Positions 9,638-18,128 of a DNA stretch of 34,947 bases are shown in pieces. The position numbers were made by a program, and so were the translations under genes. Each line of letters opens with the position of its first letter. Within the stretch, counting starts at the first letter, position 1. The stretch comes from a virus: UHGV virus genome UHGV-0162383. One strand, 5' to 3'. The notes below the pieces were generated by a model. The model was not told the origin of the DNA, made no database searches, and saw only the letters and a list, made by a program, of their open reading frames with translations.

Positions 9638-9871
9638 ATGCGCATTGAAATAATGATCGATAAAGAGCAGAAGATTAGCCAGTCTACCCTGGACGCCCTT
9701 GAATCCGAGCTTTACCGCAATCTGCGCCCCCTGTATCCCAAAACGGTAATTCGTATCCGTAAAGGTAGCTCTAACGGTGTGGAACTGACCGGACTGCAAC
9801 TGGACGAAGAAAGGAAGCAAGTGATGAAAATTATGCAGAAGGTGTGGGAAGACGACAGCTGGCTGCATTAA
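9638..9871 (+). CDS. DinI-family protein
   Basis: 77 aa, MRIEIMIDKEQKISQSTLDALESELYRNL...VWEDDSWLH, resembling E. coli DinI in length and in N- and C-terminal motifs; immediately follows the Tum-like ORF under the same LexA box. Confidence 0.7.
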   Translation: MRIEIMIDKEQKISQSTLDALESELYRNLRPLYPKTVIRIRKGSSNGVELTGLQLDEERKQVMKIMQKVWEDDSWLH

Positions 9872-10141
9872 GAAACGTTGCTGGCGTCTGAACTTGCTTC
9901 TGGCGTCAGCAAGGTTGAACAACGAGCTGTGCGAGGCGTTAGTGTCAATTTGTTACCTTAACCACGATATATGCTAGGAAATTAACAGTTCTTAAGAAAC
10001 CGCTTGCATGATCGAGCGCATTGAACTTAAGTTTAAGTAACGAAATCAACAGATGATATTGTTGTCTAAATTTTAAAGATAATCTGTTGAGGTTGTAGGC
10101 GTCGGAGTGTAGACTTCCGCGCCATGTAAAAAGGGGGAGTT

Positions 10142-10357
10142 ATGTCAAGCATCGCCGCATTTAGCCTGGGTAACCCAGTTGAACGTCTGGCAAGGGTTCT
10201 TAAAGAGAACCAGGACAAACTCAATCTTAGTAAAGATGGTTTTGTGTCCGTAGACTTGTCTAACAAAAGAGCAATGGATGCCATCAAGGCACAGATGGAT
10301 AAGCTTGAAGGCATCAAAACGAGCACTGTAAAAGAGAAAACTAATAGAACCAGATAA
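10142..10357 (+). CDS. Small soluble charged protein; first gene of a two-gene cargo operon
   Basis: 71 aa; strong RBS AGGGGGAG before ATG 10142; stop overlaps the downstream start (TAATG); AT-rich. Confidence 0.45.
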   Translation: MSSIAAFSLGNPVERLARVLKENQDKLNLSKDGFVSVDLSNKRAMDAIKAQMDKLEGIKTSTVKEKTNRTR

Positions 10358-11199
10358 TGGCAACATTACTTTTAGCAGTGATTTTGGTTAGTGGTTTTAT
10401 TTATGTAAACCTATCACTTTCAACAAGATACCGATATAAGCGTTCCAACGGCTGGGACGCTTATTTTTTTGTGGCTGCCTGGGGTATTGTTTTTTTTCTC
10501 CTTGGCGGTTTTTTCACCTTTATTTTGAACGTCAGCGGAGGGTTTCGTTGGCTGGCTAATGCCTTGAATCTAACACCTGACAGTTTTAATGGCATGTTGT
10601 CTTCATCGAAAGACAAACTTCAAAGAATAAATGAAATCAAACAGATAGCATGGGTTATGATTTCAATTGTCCTCGCTGCGATTTCAGGTTTTGGAAATAA
10701 GTTACGCACATCACGTGGAGATCGTCGCTGGGATGCCTTAGCTAAAGCTGTGGGTAATAACGCTTTCGAATCATTACTCATGGAAGCGTCCGCAAGACAG
10801 TTTCCGATCATAGCAACTCTGTCGTCTCGCAAAATCTATGTTGGTCTTGTTACTTGTCCGGCGTTAGAAAACGGGCTTTCAGAGCACCTTGAACTTCTCC
10901 CGATGTTAAGCGGATATCGGGATAAAGATGATCTAACGATTAGTATCACGACTAACTATCACCAACATTATCTTGATAGTGGTGTGATAAGTGGAATGTC
11001 TCGGCTTAATATCGAAGATTTCCGTGTGCTCATACCAAAAGATGAGGTTGAAACAATTTCGTTTTTTGATACTGAGACATATAACAAATTTAAAGAAAAT
11101 GAAGCCAGGGATAGAAAGAGCTGTCGAAAGATTGGTAGTAAAAGTGCATCTTCGCGCAGCAAGCGTGCAGCAGATGCTGAGTCAAATGATCGTGCATGA
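10357..11199 (+). CDS. Integral membrane protein (about 3 TM helices) with cytoplasmic C-terminal domain; second gene of the cargo operon
   Basis: 280 aa; hydrophobic segments near residues 3-17, 35-57 and 97-112, then a soluble domain of roughly 130 aa and a basic Ser/Arg/Lys-rich tail; translationally coupled to the upstream ORF; followed by an intrinsic terminator. Confidence 0.5.
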   Translation: MATLLLAVILVSGFIYVNLSLSTRYRYKRSNGWDAYFFVAAWGIVFFLLGGFFTFILNVSGGFRWLANALNLTPDSFNGMLSSSKDKLQRINEIKQIAWVMISIVLAAISGFGNKLRTSRGDRRWDALAKAVGNNAFESLLMEASARQFPIIATLSSRKIYVGLVTCPALENGLSEHLELLPMLSGYRDKDDLTISITTNYHQHYLDSGVISGMSRLNIEDFRVLIPKDEVETISFFDTETYNKFKENEARDRKSCRKIGSKSASSRSKRAADAESNDRA

Positions 11200-11247
11200 C
11201 TATGCTGCATGAGATCGCATGATCGTTTGAGGATCGTTTTTGCTAAG

Positions 11248-11272
11248 GCCCGCCAGAACTGGCGGGCTTTTG
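11248..11272 (+). terminator. Rho-independent terminator (GCCCGCCAG..CTGGCGGGC + TTTTG)
   Basis: Perfect 9-nt inverted repeat with short loop followed by a T-run, about 50 bp after the stop of the membrane-protein gene. Confidence 0.7.
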
Positions 11273-11316
11273 CGTAGATCATGCACCTGCATGAAAACTA
11301 CTACATAAAGCGGGCA

Positions 11317-11335
11317 GGCGTGGCGGGGATACGAG
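11317..11335. other. Candidate cos (cohesive-end) site, GGCGTGGCGGGGA...
   Basis: GGCGTGGCGGGGA matches my recollection of the first 13 nt of the 19-nt cohesive ends of P2/186 (GGCG[A/T]GGCGGGGAAAGCA..); located between the A-side cargo and the portal-side cargo, where cos lies in this family. Confidence 0.4.
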
Positions 11336-11455
11336 CGCGCGCTAGAAACGTTTACTGATATTCTTGTAGTACATTGCATTTTTCTTTTTTTATGTCATAT
11401 CATTAGCCATTTGAATAGGACATTATTATCAATTTGTTGTCTCTGAGGATAAGTT

Positions 11456-13237
11456 ATGAATTTTGATGCAACACCACTAAATATAAAAAACATTCTATCT
11501 GTAAAACAAAGATATGTTATTCCACGTAATCAACGTGAGTTTAGTTGGGAAAAGCTTCAGCTTGAAGAATTATGGCAAGATATTGTCAGAAACATAAGGT
11601 TGAATGAAGATGGACAGAACTTGGAGTGTTCAGAATATTTTATAGGGACTATTGTTCTTTCTGGAGCAGATAGTGATGATGTATTAGAAGTGGTTGATGG
11701 ACAACAACGATTTTCAGTTATTACTATATTGCTTTCATTAATATCGCGTAAATTGCGTTCCTTAGGGCAAGATTCATTAGCGGATGATATATTTAAAACA
11801 TATATCGTTACTGTGAGTCCTACATTTAGCAGAAGCCAATTAGCTTCAAATGGTGAGACATTTATTGAAAAATTAGCAAAAAATAGCGATAGAACATATT
11901 TTAAGTTAAAATATCAAGATCGCGAAGAGCATCAAGTTGATGAATCTTGTGAAGAAGATGTACGTATAAGTTATGCAGGAATTTTTCTTTCTAGAAAACT
12001 AGGGAGGAAATCACTCTGTTCTGCATTGTTGCGAGATGGTGCAAAACATTATAATAACCAAGATTATATATTTTGTTTGACTGCTGTATATAGAATGATT
12101 ACCAATTATTTGAAGTTGGTAAAAATATCTGTAGGTAAGGAGGATGATGCTTATGATATTTTTGAAGTGTTGAATGCTCGAGGGATAAACTTAAGTTCAA
12201 TTGATTTGATAAAGAATAAAGTATTCCAAACTTGCACTCAAACATATCCGGTAGATATTGCAAAAACAAAATGGGATTATATCGTTACTCAAATTGAGTC
12301 TAGGGATAGTAATAGCACTATTGCTGATTATATTAGAACGTGGTGGCTTTCTAAGTATAATTATATTGGAGAAGATCAACTTTATCGTGCTTTTAAACGT
12401 GAGATTCAAGATGAGAATACTTTATTGTCATCAGCATCATTTCTGAACGAATTATATGATGATGTTGAATTATACTGTAAAATAATAGCGCCAAATACAG
12501 ATGACTGGCCTCAACCTGATCAGCGTGAAATTTACAACTCGTTAAAAGCATTCGAGATTTTTAATGTGAGTATTCCTCGACCATTTGTACTCTCATTACT
12601 TAGAAAACGTAAAGAGAAACCGAGAGCCCTTACACAATCAATGCTGATAGAATGTTTGAAGTCCTTAGAGTCATTTCACTTTAAGTTTAATGCAGTATGT
12701 CGTCTAAGACCATCTGGAATCGATGCAAAATATTCTGTATTAGCAGTAAGAATGAATAAGGCATTAAATAAAAGAGATGTTGAGGGTGTTATTAATGACG
12801 CATTAGATTATTTTACACAGAAAGGGCCTTCAGAAAATATATTCAAACAAGCATTTTCAAAGAATATTGTTTATACAAATAAAAAGTCTGGGCAAAGGAA
12901 GTTGATTGTTTATATTTTTGACAAATTGGAACGTATCAGACGAGGGACGCGAGAGTTAAAAATGGATATAGTTTCTTTGGAACACATATCATCTCAAAGC
13001 AAAACTAACGAGTCAGTCGTGGGTATGATTGGTAATTTACTACCACTCTGTTTTTCACTTAATGAAGATTGCAAAAATTATGAGTTGCACAAAAAAATAG
13101 AATCTTATAAAAAATCTGATTTAAAATTAGTTACAGAGTTTGTTAGTGAGTCAGAAGCAAGAGAACATAAATGGGATGATTCATTAATAAAAGAAAGAAC
13201 AGATAGCTTGGCGTTAGAAACGTTTGCTAAAATATAA
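11456..13237 (+). CDS. DUF262/DUF1524 two-domain protein, GmrSD-like (type IV restriction-like) nuclease; cargo gene
   Basis: 593 aa; N-terminal DUF262/ParB-like motifs (IPRNQREFSWE and VVDGQQRFSV), C-terminal His-Me-finger-like motifs (SLEHISSQS ... GNLLPLCFSLNEDCKN); strongly AT-rich; RBS GAGGA before ATG 11456. Confidence 0.6.
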   Translation: MNFDATPLNIKNILSVKQRYVIPRNQREFSWEKLQLEELWQDIVRNIRLNEDGQNLECSEYFIGTIVLSGADSDDVLEVVDGQQRFSVITILLSLISRKLRSLGQDSLADDIFKTYIVTVSPTFSRSQLASNGETFIEKLAKNSDRTYFKLKYQDREEHQVDESCEEDVRISYAGIFLSRKLGRKSLCSALLRDGAKHYNNQDYIFCLTAVYRMITNYLKLVKISVGKEDDAYDIFEVLNARGINLSSIDLIKNKVFQTCTQTYPVDIAKTKWDYIVTQIESRDSNSTIADYIRTWWLSKYNYIGEDQLYRAFKREIQDENTLLSSASFLNELYDDVELYCKIIAPNTDDWPQPDQREIYNSLKAFEIFNVSIPRPFVLSLLRKRKEKPRALTQSMLIECLKSLESFHFKFNAVCRLRPSGIDAKYSVLAVRMNKALNKRDVEGVINDALDYFTQKGPSENIFKQAFSKNIVYTNKKSGQRKLIVYIFDKLERIRRGTRELKMDIVSLEHISSQSKTNESVVGMIGNLLPLCFSLNEDCKNYELHKKIESYKKSDLKLVTEFVSESEAREHKWDDSLIKERTDSLALETFAKI

Positions 13238-13243
13238 GTTCAG

Positions 13244-13264
13244 TGGCAGGTATAGTACCTGCCA
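13244..13264. terminator. Bidirectional hairpin TGGCAGGTA-tag-TACCTGCCA between convergent genes
   Basis: Perfect 9-bp inverted repeat with 3-nt loop in the 36-bp gap between the stops of the GmrSD-like gene (+) and the portal gene (-), followed by a T-rich tract. Confidence 0.55.
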
Positions 13265-13273
13265 TTATTCAAT

Positions 13274-14311
13274 TTACATACACTCCACAGAGTATTCACT
13301 GAATGAGATGATGTTTTTTTTAGCCCATTCATTAAGTTGCAGAATATGTTTTTGAATTGGTAGTAACTCATTCATAACAAATACTTTCGCGGCCTTCTCC
13401 ACATCCCCAAAACCCCCAACATTATTAGGCATTATCCCCATCATTTGCGGCGGCACGCGGTGCGCAGCCATCATGTCATCACGGCTCACGTTTTTGATAT
13501 TCAGAAACTCATCCTTCGCTGCGACTTCTGACAACGGGATAATCTGAAGACCGTCTTTTTTACCATTAGGCGAGTACATAAACAGATTGCGGAAGTTACC
13601 TGGTCCTTTGGCGCTTTTCATCGCATTGCGAAGGTTGTTCACGTCCTCCTGGTTCTGCGCGGCATCGGTCATGTACATGATGAAGCCTGCATGACTGCCG
13701 TTAATGTAATACTTGCGGCGGAACAGCGTGGCGGACTCGTTGAGCAGGGCTGACGGAATGGCAGAAAGATAGCCGGGCAGACCATAGATCTCCTGATTTA
13801 TGTCCGGTTCCATCAGATGGAAAATGCTGCCTTTCGTGAACTGATACGGCTGCGTGGTCATGCCGTATTGCACAAACCAGTAGGTATCCAGGTCTAACCC
13901 GCGTCGGGTGTATTTTGCCAGCGCAGGTTCAAGGGCGATAACTTCACCGAAGCGGTTCGTGCGTTTCTCCAGATAGGCGTTACCAAATACCAGATAGTCC
14001 TGTACAAAACGCGAAAAAGCCTGTTGGCTGAGCAGCGGATGAGGGATATAGGTACTGGTCAGAATGTTGCACTTTACTGCAATCGGGGAACTGTGATGCA
14101 CGGCAGCGCGGAAGGTGCGCGCCAGTCCGTCAAAGCTGACGGGCGGCTCATACCAACGGTCCATCTGTACGCATTCCACATAGTCCAGTAATTCTCGGCG
14201 GTCCAGAACTGGAACGGGATCGCCGAAGCTGAATGCTTCGGCTGTAGTCTGGTTTTTATGCTGGATCTGATTCGTCGCCGCAGTGCGGTTTTTCTTACTC
14301 TTTCCCATCAA
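13274..14311 (-). CDS. Q: Portal (capsid vertex) protein, P2 gpQ family
   Basis: 345 aa; sequence (FSFGDPVPVLDRRELLDYVE...WYEPPVSFDGLAR...GNAYLE..) matches my recollection of P2 Q; adjacent to and co-oriented with the terminase. Confidence 0.9.
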   Translation of the reverse strand: MMGKSKKNRTAATNQIQHKNQTTAEAFSFGDPVPVLDRRELLDYVECVQMDRWYEPPVSFDGLARTFRAAVHHSSPIAVKCNILTSTYIPHPLLSQQAFSRFVQDYLVFGNAYLEKRTNRFGEVIALEPALAKYTRRGLDLDTYWFVQYGMTTQPYQFTKGSIFHLMEPDINQEIYGLPGYLSAIPSALLNESATLFRRKYYINGSHAGFIMYMTDAAQNQEDVNNLRNAMKSAKGPGNFRNLFMYSPNGKKDGLQIIPLSEVAAKDEFLNIKNVSRDDMMAAHRVPPQMMGIMPNNVGGFGDVEKAAKVFVMNELLPIQKHILQLNEWAKKNIISFSEYSVECM

Positions 14312-16074
14312 AAAATCTCCACAATATTGCTGGTATTGGCGGACTCGCCCTGCAGCGGTTCGTTAAACAGTGCGTGCATCGTTGCCCAGGCCAGATCGGC
14401 GTGGCTGGCTTCTTCGCTGCGGCTGGCTTCATAGGTCGGGCGGTTGCCGCTGGCGGTGGTGGCGCGACGGATTGCCATGAATGACTGCGCAATGTCGGTG
14501 TGCCCGGCGTCAAACTCCAGACGGCGGTGGCTGATAATGTCGTAGGCCTTGAGTACCAGGGCGTTTTTAACGTTGGGGTTGTAGACAAACTCCCGGACGG
14601 CTGGAAAAAACGCTTTCACGTTCTCGTAAACCCCGTGGCCGACACCTGTCGAGTCGATGCCGATGTAGGTCACGTTGTACTGTTCAGTCAGTTTTTTGAT
14701 GGCGTCAGCCTGGGCGCGGAAGTCCATCCCGCGCCACTGGTGACGCTCAAGAATGCGGAACTTACCGCCCGGCACGGCTGGCGGTGCCACCACCACGCAT
14801 CCGGCGCTGTCGCCGTTCTGCGTACCTTTTGCCGGGTCATAACCGATCCACACCTCGCGCCAGCCAAACGGGCGCAGGGCCAGTGCATGAAAGTCGGTCC
14901 AGACTTCCCAACTGTCCACCATGCACGCCTGCAGTTCGCTGAGCGGGAACACGGACGCGAGATCGTCCACAAACTCGCACATCAGCAGGTTCTGGTATTC
15001 GTCCGGGCTGTACTCCATGCGCAACTGGTCAAGGTCGAACAGGTTACAGCCGCCGCGCACCGCATCTTCCACGGTGACTATCTGGCGGTATTGCCCGTCT
15101 GCGCACAGCAGGCCGGGGGCCAGATTGCTGTGGGACAGGTCGATGTCCACCTTATCGGCTTTGTTGCGCCCACGGTTGAACAGCGCACCGGACCAGAACG
15201 GATAAGCACTGTGGGTCAGGCTGGATGGCGTGGAAAAATAGGTTTGTCGCCATTTTTTATGAATAGCCATACCGGAAGCCACTTTGCGCAGCTCCTGGAA
15301 TTTCGGTATCCAGAAATATTCATCCAGATACAGGTTGCCGTGGTAACTCTGGGCCGTGCGGGCATTGGTGCCGAGGAAGTAAAGCGTGGCCCCGTTAGGA
15401 AGCACCATCGGATCGCCTTTCAGCTCCACCTCGACTTCTTTGGCGAAGTCGATGATGTACTGCTTAAAGACGTGAGCCTGTGCCTTACTGGCAGAAAGGA
15501 AAATCTGGTTACGTCCGGTAAGCAGGGCGTCAATCAGGGCTTCACGGGCAAAGTAAAAGGTCGCGCCGATCTGGCGTGACTTCAGCAGGTTGCGGATGCG
15601 GTTGGTTTTTCCGGCTTCCCACCAGTGGCGCTGGTAGTTGAACATGGAGGAATGGAAAATTTCTTCCAGCTTCTCAATCTGTTCATCGGTGAAAACGTTC
15701 TTTTCCGGCTGACGGCGTGGGCCTTTGTTGCGGTTGGCGACGTTAGGGTTTAAGTCGGCTTCGTTGCCGCCATTGTTAAACTTGCCGATCCGCGCGTGGC
15801 GTTCCGACTGGCGCGCCAGCAGGTCAATCTCTTTGAAATCTTTCCCTTCTTTGTGCTCCTTCATAATGAGCTGGCAGTAGCGTGCGGCGGTGGTGAGCTG
15901 CATCTGATCCAGCGGCCCATAGTCACCCCACTTGTCGCGTTTTTTCCAGCTGTGAACGGTTGCAACTTTCTCGCCCAGCATTTCAGCAATGCGGGCTACG
16001 CGGTATCCCTGAAAGTACAGCAGCATGGCCTGCCGACGGGGATCGAGATCTGCGGGTGTCAGTGTGGTGTTCAT
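14308..16074 (-). CDS. P: Terminase large (ATPase) subunit, P2 gpP family
   Basis: 588 aa; N-terminus MNTTLTPADLDPRRQAMLLYFQGYRVARIAEMLGEKVATVHSWKKRDKW characteristic of P2 P; stop overlaps the Q start. Confidence 0.9.
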   Translation of the reverse strand: MNTTLTPADLDPRRQAMLLYFQGYRVARIAEMLGEKVATVHSWKKRDKWGDYGPLDQMQLTTAARYCQLIMKEHKEGKDFKEIDLLARQSERHARIGKFNNGGNEADLNPNVANRNKGPRRQPEKNVFTDEQIEKLEEIFHSSMFNYQRHWWEAGKTNRIRNLLKSRQIGATFYFAREALIDALLTGRNQIFLSASKAQAHVFKQYIIDFAKEVEVELKGDPMVLPNGATLYFLGTNARTAQSYHGNLYLDEYFWIPKFQELRKVASGMAIHKKWRQTYFSTPSSLTHSAYPFWSGALFNRGRNKADKVDIDLSHSNLAPGLLCADGQYRQIVTVEDAVRGGCNLFDLDQLRMEYSPDEYQNLLMCEFVDDLASVFPLSELQACMVDSWEVWTDFHALALRPFGWREVWIGYDPAKGTQNGDSAGCVVVAPPAVPGGKFRILERHQWRGMDFRAQADAIKKLTEQYNVTYIGIDSTGVGHGVYENVKAFFPAVREFVYNPNVKNALVLKAYDIISHRRLEFDAGHTDIAQSFMAIRRATTASGNRPTYEASRSEEASHADLAWATMHALFNEPLQGESANTSNIVEIF

Positions 16075-16120
16075 GGCACAAACCTACAGCCTTGAATGAA
16101 GGCTTTCCCCGCCTGCGGTT

Positions 16121-16138
16121 TGTGTGGTTGTCGGTACA
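16121..16138. promoter_or_regulatory. TGT-N12-ACA dyad (Ogr/Delta-type late-activator site) in the divergent P/O promoter region
   Basis: TGTgtggttgtcggtACA in the gap between the P start (16074, -) and O start (16217, +); centre about 87 bp upstream of the O ATG. Confidence 0.5.
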
Positions 16139-16216
16139 AATACCGCGCATTGTTTCACTGCCCCCATCACCGCAACCATAAGGCTCCAGTAAGTTTTTTC
16201 TAACGGAGCACGGCTC

Positions 16217-17050
16217 ATGACAGTGAAAGCAAAGCGTTTTCGCATCGGGGTGGAAGGTGCCACCACCGACGGACGCGAAATCCAGCGTGAATGGCTGGAA
16301 CAGATGGCAGCCAGCTACAACCCGGCGGTGTATACCGCGCTGATTAACCTTGAGCACATCAAGTCTTATCTGCCGGACAGCACCTTTAACCGTTACGGCA
16401 AGGTGACGGCGCTGTTTGCCGAAGAAATCACGGAAGGTCCGCTGGCAGGCAAGATGGCGCTGTATGCCGACGTTGAGCCAACGGAATCCCTGGTGGAGCT
16501 GGTGAAAAAAGGCCAGAAATTATTCACCTCTATGGAAGTCAGCCCGAAGTTCGCTGATACGGGCAAAGCCTACCTGGTCGGCCTGGCTGCCACTGATGAC
16601 CCTGCCAGTCTGGGTACGGAAATGCTGACATTCAGCGCCAGTGCAGCTCATAACCCGCTGGCAAACCGCAAGCAGAATCCTGCAAATCTCTTTACCGCTG
16701 CAGAGGAAACGGTGATCGAACTGGAAGAAATCCAGGATGACAAACCGTCCCTGTTTGCCCGTGTCACGGCGTTGTTTACCAAAAAAGAGCAGTCCGATGA
16801 CGCCCGGTTCGCTGATGTGCATAAGGCCGTGGAGCTGGTCGCCACTGAGCAGCAGAACCTGAGCGCACGCACCGAAAAATCCCTGTCTGAGCAGGAAGAA
16901 CGCCTGTCTGAGCTGGAGACTGCTCTGCAGGAGCAGCAAACCGCCTTTAACGAACTGGTGAATAAGCTGAGTCATGAAGACAGCCGCCAGGACTACCGCC
17001 AGCGTGCAACAGGCGGTAACGCCCCCGCTGACACTCTGACCAATTGCTGA
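16217..17050 (+). CDS. O: Capsid scaffolding protein, P2 gpO family
   Basis: 277 aa; conserved position between terminase and major capsid gene; acidic coiled-coil C-terminal half typical of scaffold proteins. Confidence 0.8.
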   Translation: MTVKAKRFRIGVEGATTDGREIQREWLEQMAASYNPAVYTALINLEHIKSYLPDSTFNRYGKVTALFAEEITEGPLAGKMALYADVEPTESLVELVKKGQKLFTSMEVSPKFADTGKAYLVGLAATDDPASLGTEMLTFSASAAHNPLANRKQNPANLFTAAEETVIELEEIQDDKPSLFARVTALFTKKEQSDDARFADVHKAVELVATEQQNLSARTEKSLSEQEERLSELETALQEQQTAFNELVNKLSHEDSRQDYRQRATGGNAPADTLTNC

Positions 17051-17066
17051 TGGAGCACAAAACCTG

Positions 17067-18125
17067 ATGAAGAAGAATACCCGCTTTGCTTTTAACGCTT
17101 ACCTGCAGCAGCTGGCGCGTCTGAACGGTGTGGCAGTTGAAGAACTGTCCAGCAAGTTCACCGTGGAGCCGTCTGTACAGCAGACGCTGGAAGACCAGAT
17201 CCAGCAGTCTGCCGCTTTCCTGACGCTGATTAACGTCACGCCAGTGACTGAGCAGTCCGGTCAGCTGCTGGGGTTGGGTGTTGGTAGCACCATTGCCGGA
17301 ACCACTGACACCACCGCGAAAGAGCGTGAACCTGTCGATCCTACGCTGATGGTCGATGTGGAATACAAATGCGAGCAGACCAACTTTGACACGGTACTGA
17401 CCTACGCGAAGCTGGACCTGTGGGCGAAGTTTCAGGATTTCCAGGTGCGTATCCGTGACGCCATCGTGAAACGTCAGGCACTGGACCGCATCATGATCGG
17501 CTTTAACGGCGTGAAGCGTGCGAAAACCTCCAACCGTAGCGAAAACCCGCTGCTGCAGGATGTGAACAAAGGCTGGCTGCAGAAAATCCGTGAGGATGCA
17601 CCGGATCATGTCATGGGCAGCACCACCACGGGCGGTGAAACCACACCGGGCGCGGTGAAAGTCGGGAAAGGTGGCGAATATGCCAACCTGGACGCCGTGG
17701 TGATGGATGCCGTCAATGAGCTTATCGACGTGGTCTACCAGGACGATGACGATCTGGTGGTGATTTGCGGCCGTGAACTGCTGTCTGACAAGTATTTCCC
17801 GCTTGTCAACAAAGAGCAGGAAAACAGTGAAAAACTGGCTGCCGATATGATCATCAGTCAGAAGCGCATGGGGGGCCTGCAGGCCGTGCGTGCGCCGTTT
17901 TTCCCGCCGAATGCGCTGCTGATCACCCGTCTGGATAACCTGTCCATCTACTGGCAGGAAGACACCCGCCGCCGTTCAGTTATCGACAACCCGAAACGTG
18001 ACCGGATTGAAAACTTTGAATCCGTTAACGAAGCCTATGTGGTTGAGGACTACCGCTGCGCAGCACTGGTGGAAAACATCCAGATTGGCGACTTCAGCGC
18101 CGTCGCAGTAGAAACCGGAGCGTAA
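17067..18125 (+). CDS. N: Major capsid protein, P2 gpN family
   Basis: 352 aa; N-terminal region (RFAFNAYLQQLARLNGV...KFTVEPSVQQTL...) matches my recollection of P2 N. Confidence 0.9.
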   Translation: MKKNTRFAFNAYLQQLARLNGVAVEELSSKFTVEPSVQQTLEDQIQQSAAFLTLINVTPVTEQSGQLLGLGVGSTIAGTTDTTAKEREPVDPTLMVDVEYKCEQTNFDTVLTYAKLDLWAKFQDFQVRIRDAIVKRQALDRIMIGFNGVKRAKTSNRSENPLLQDVNKGWLQKIREDAPDHVMGSTTTGGETTPGAVKVGKGGEYANLDAVVMDAVNELIDVVYQDDDDLVVICGRELLSDKYFPLVNKEQENSEKLAADMIISQKRMGGLQAVRAPFFPPNALLITRLDNLSIYWQEDTRRRSVIDNPKRDRIENFESVNEAYVVEDYRCAALVENIQIGDFSAVAVETGA

Positions 18126-18128
18126 TCC

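Noticed and set aside
9872-9930. Possible terminator after the DinI-like gene (repeated CTGGCGTC)
   Set aside because: The repeats are direct, not inverted; only a weak 6-bp stem (cttgct/agcaag) with a 9-nt loop and no T-tract.
14500-15579. 359-aa ORF on the + strand
   Set aside because: Lies entirely antisense within the terminase large-subunit gene, which has clear conserved sequence; typical spurious ORF from high-GC antisense.
16947-17609. 220-aa ORF on the - strand
   Set aside because: Antisense within the major capsid gene.
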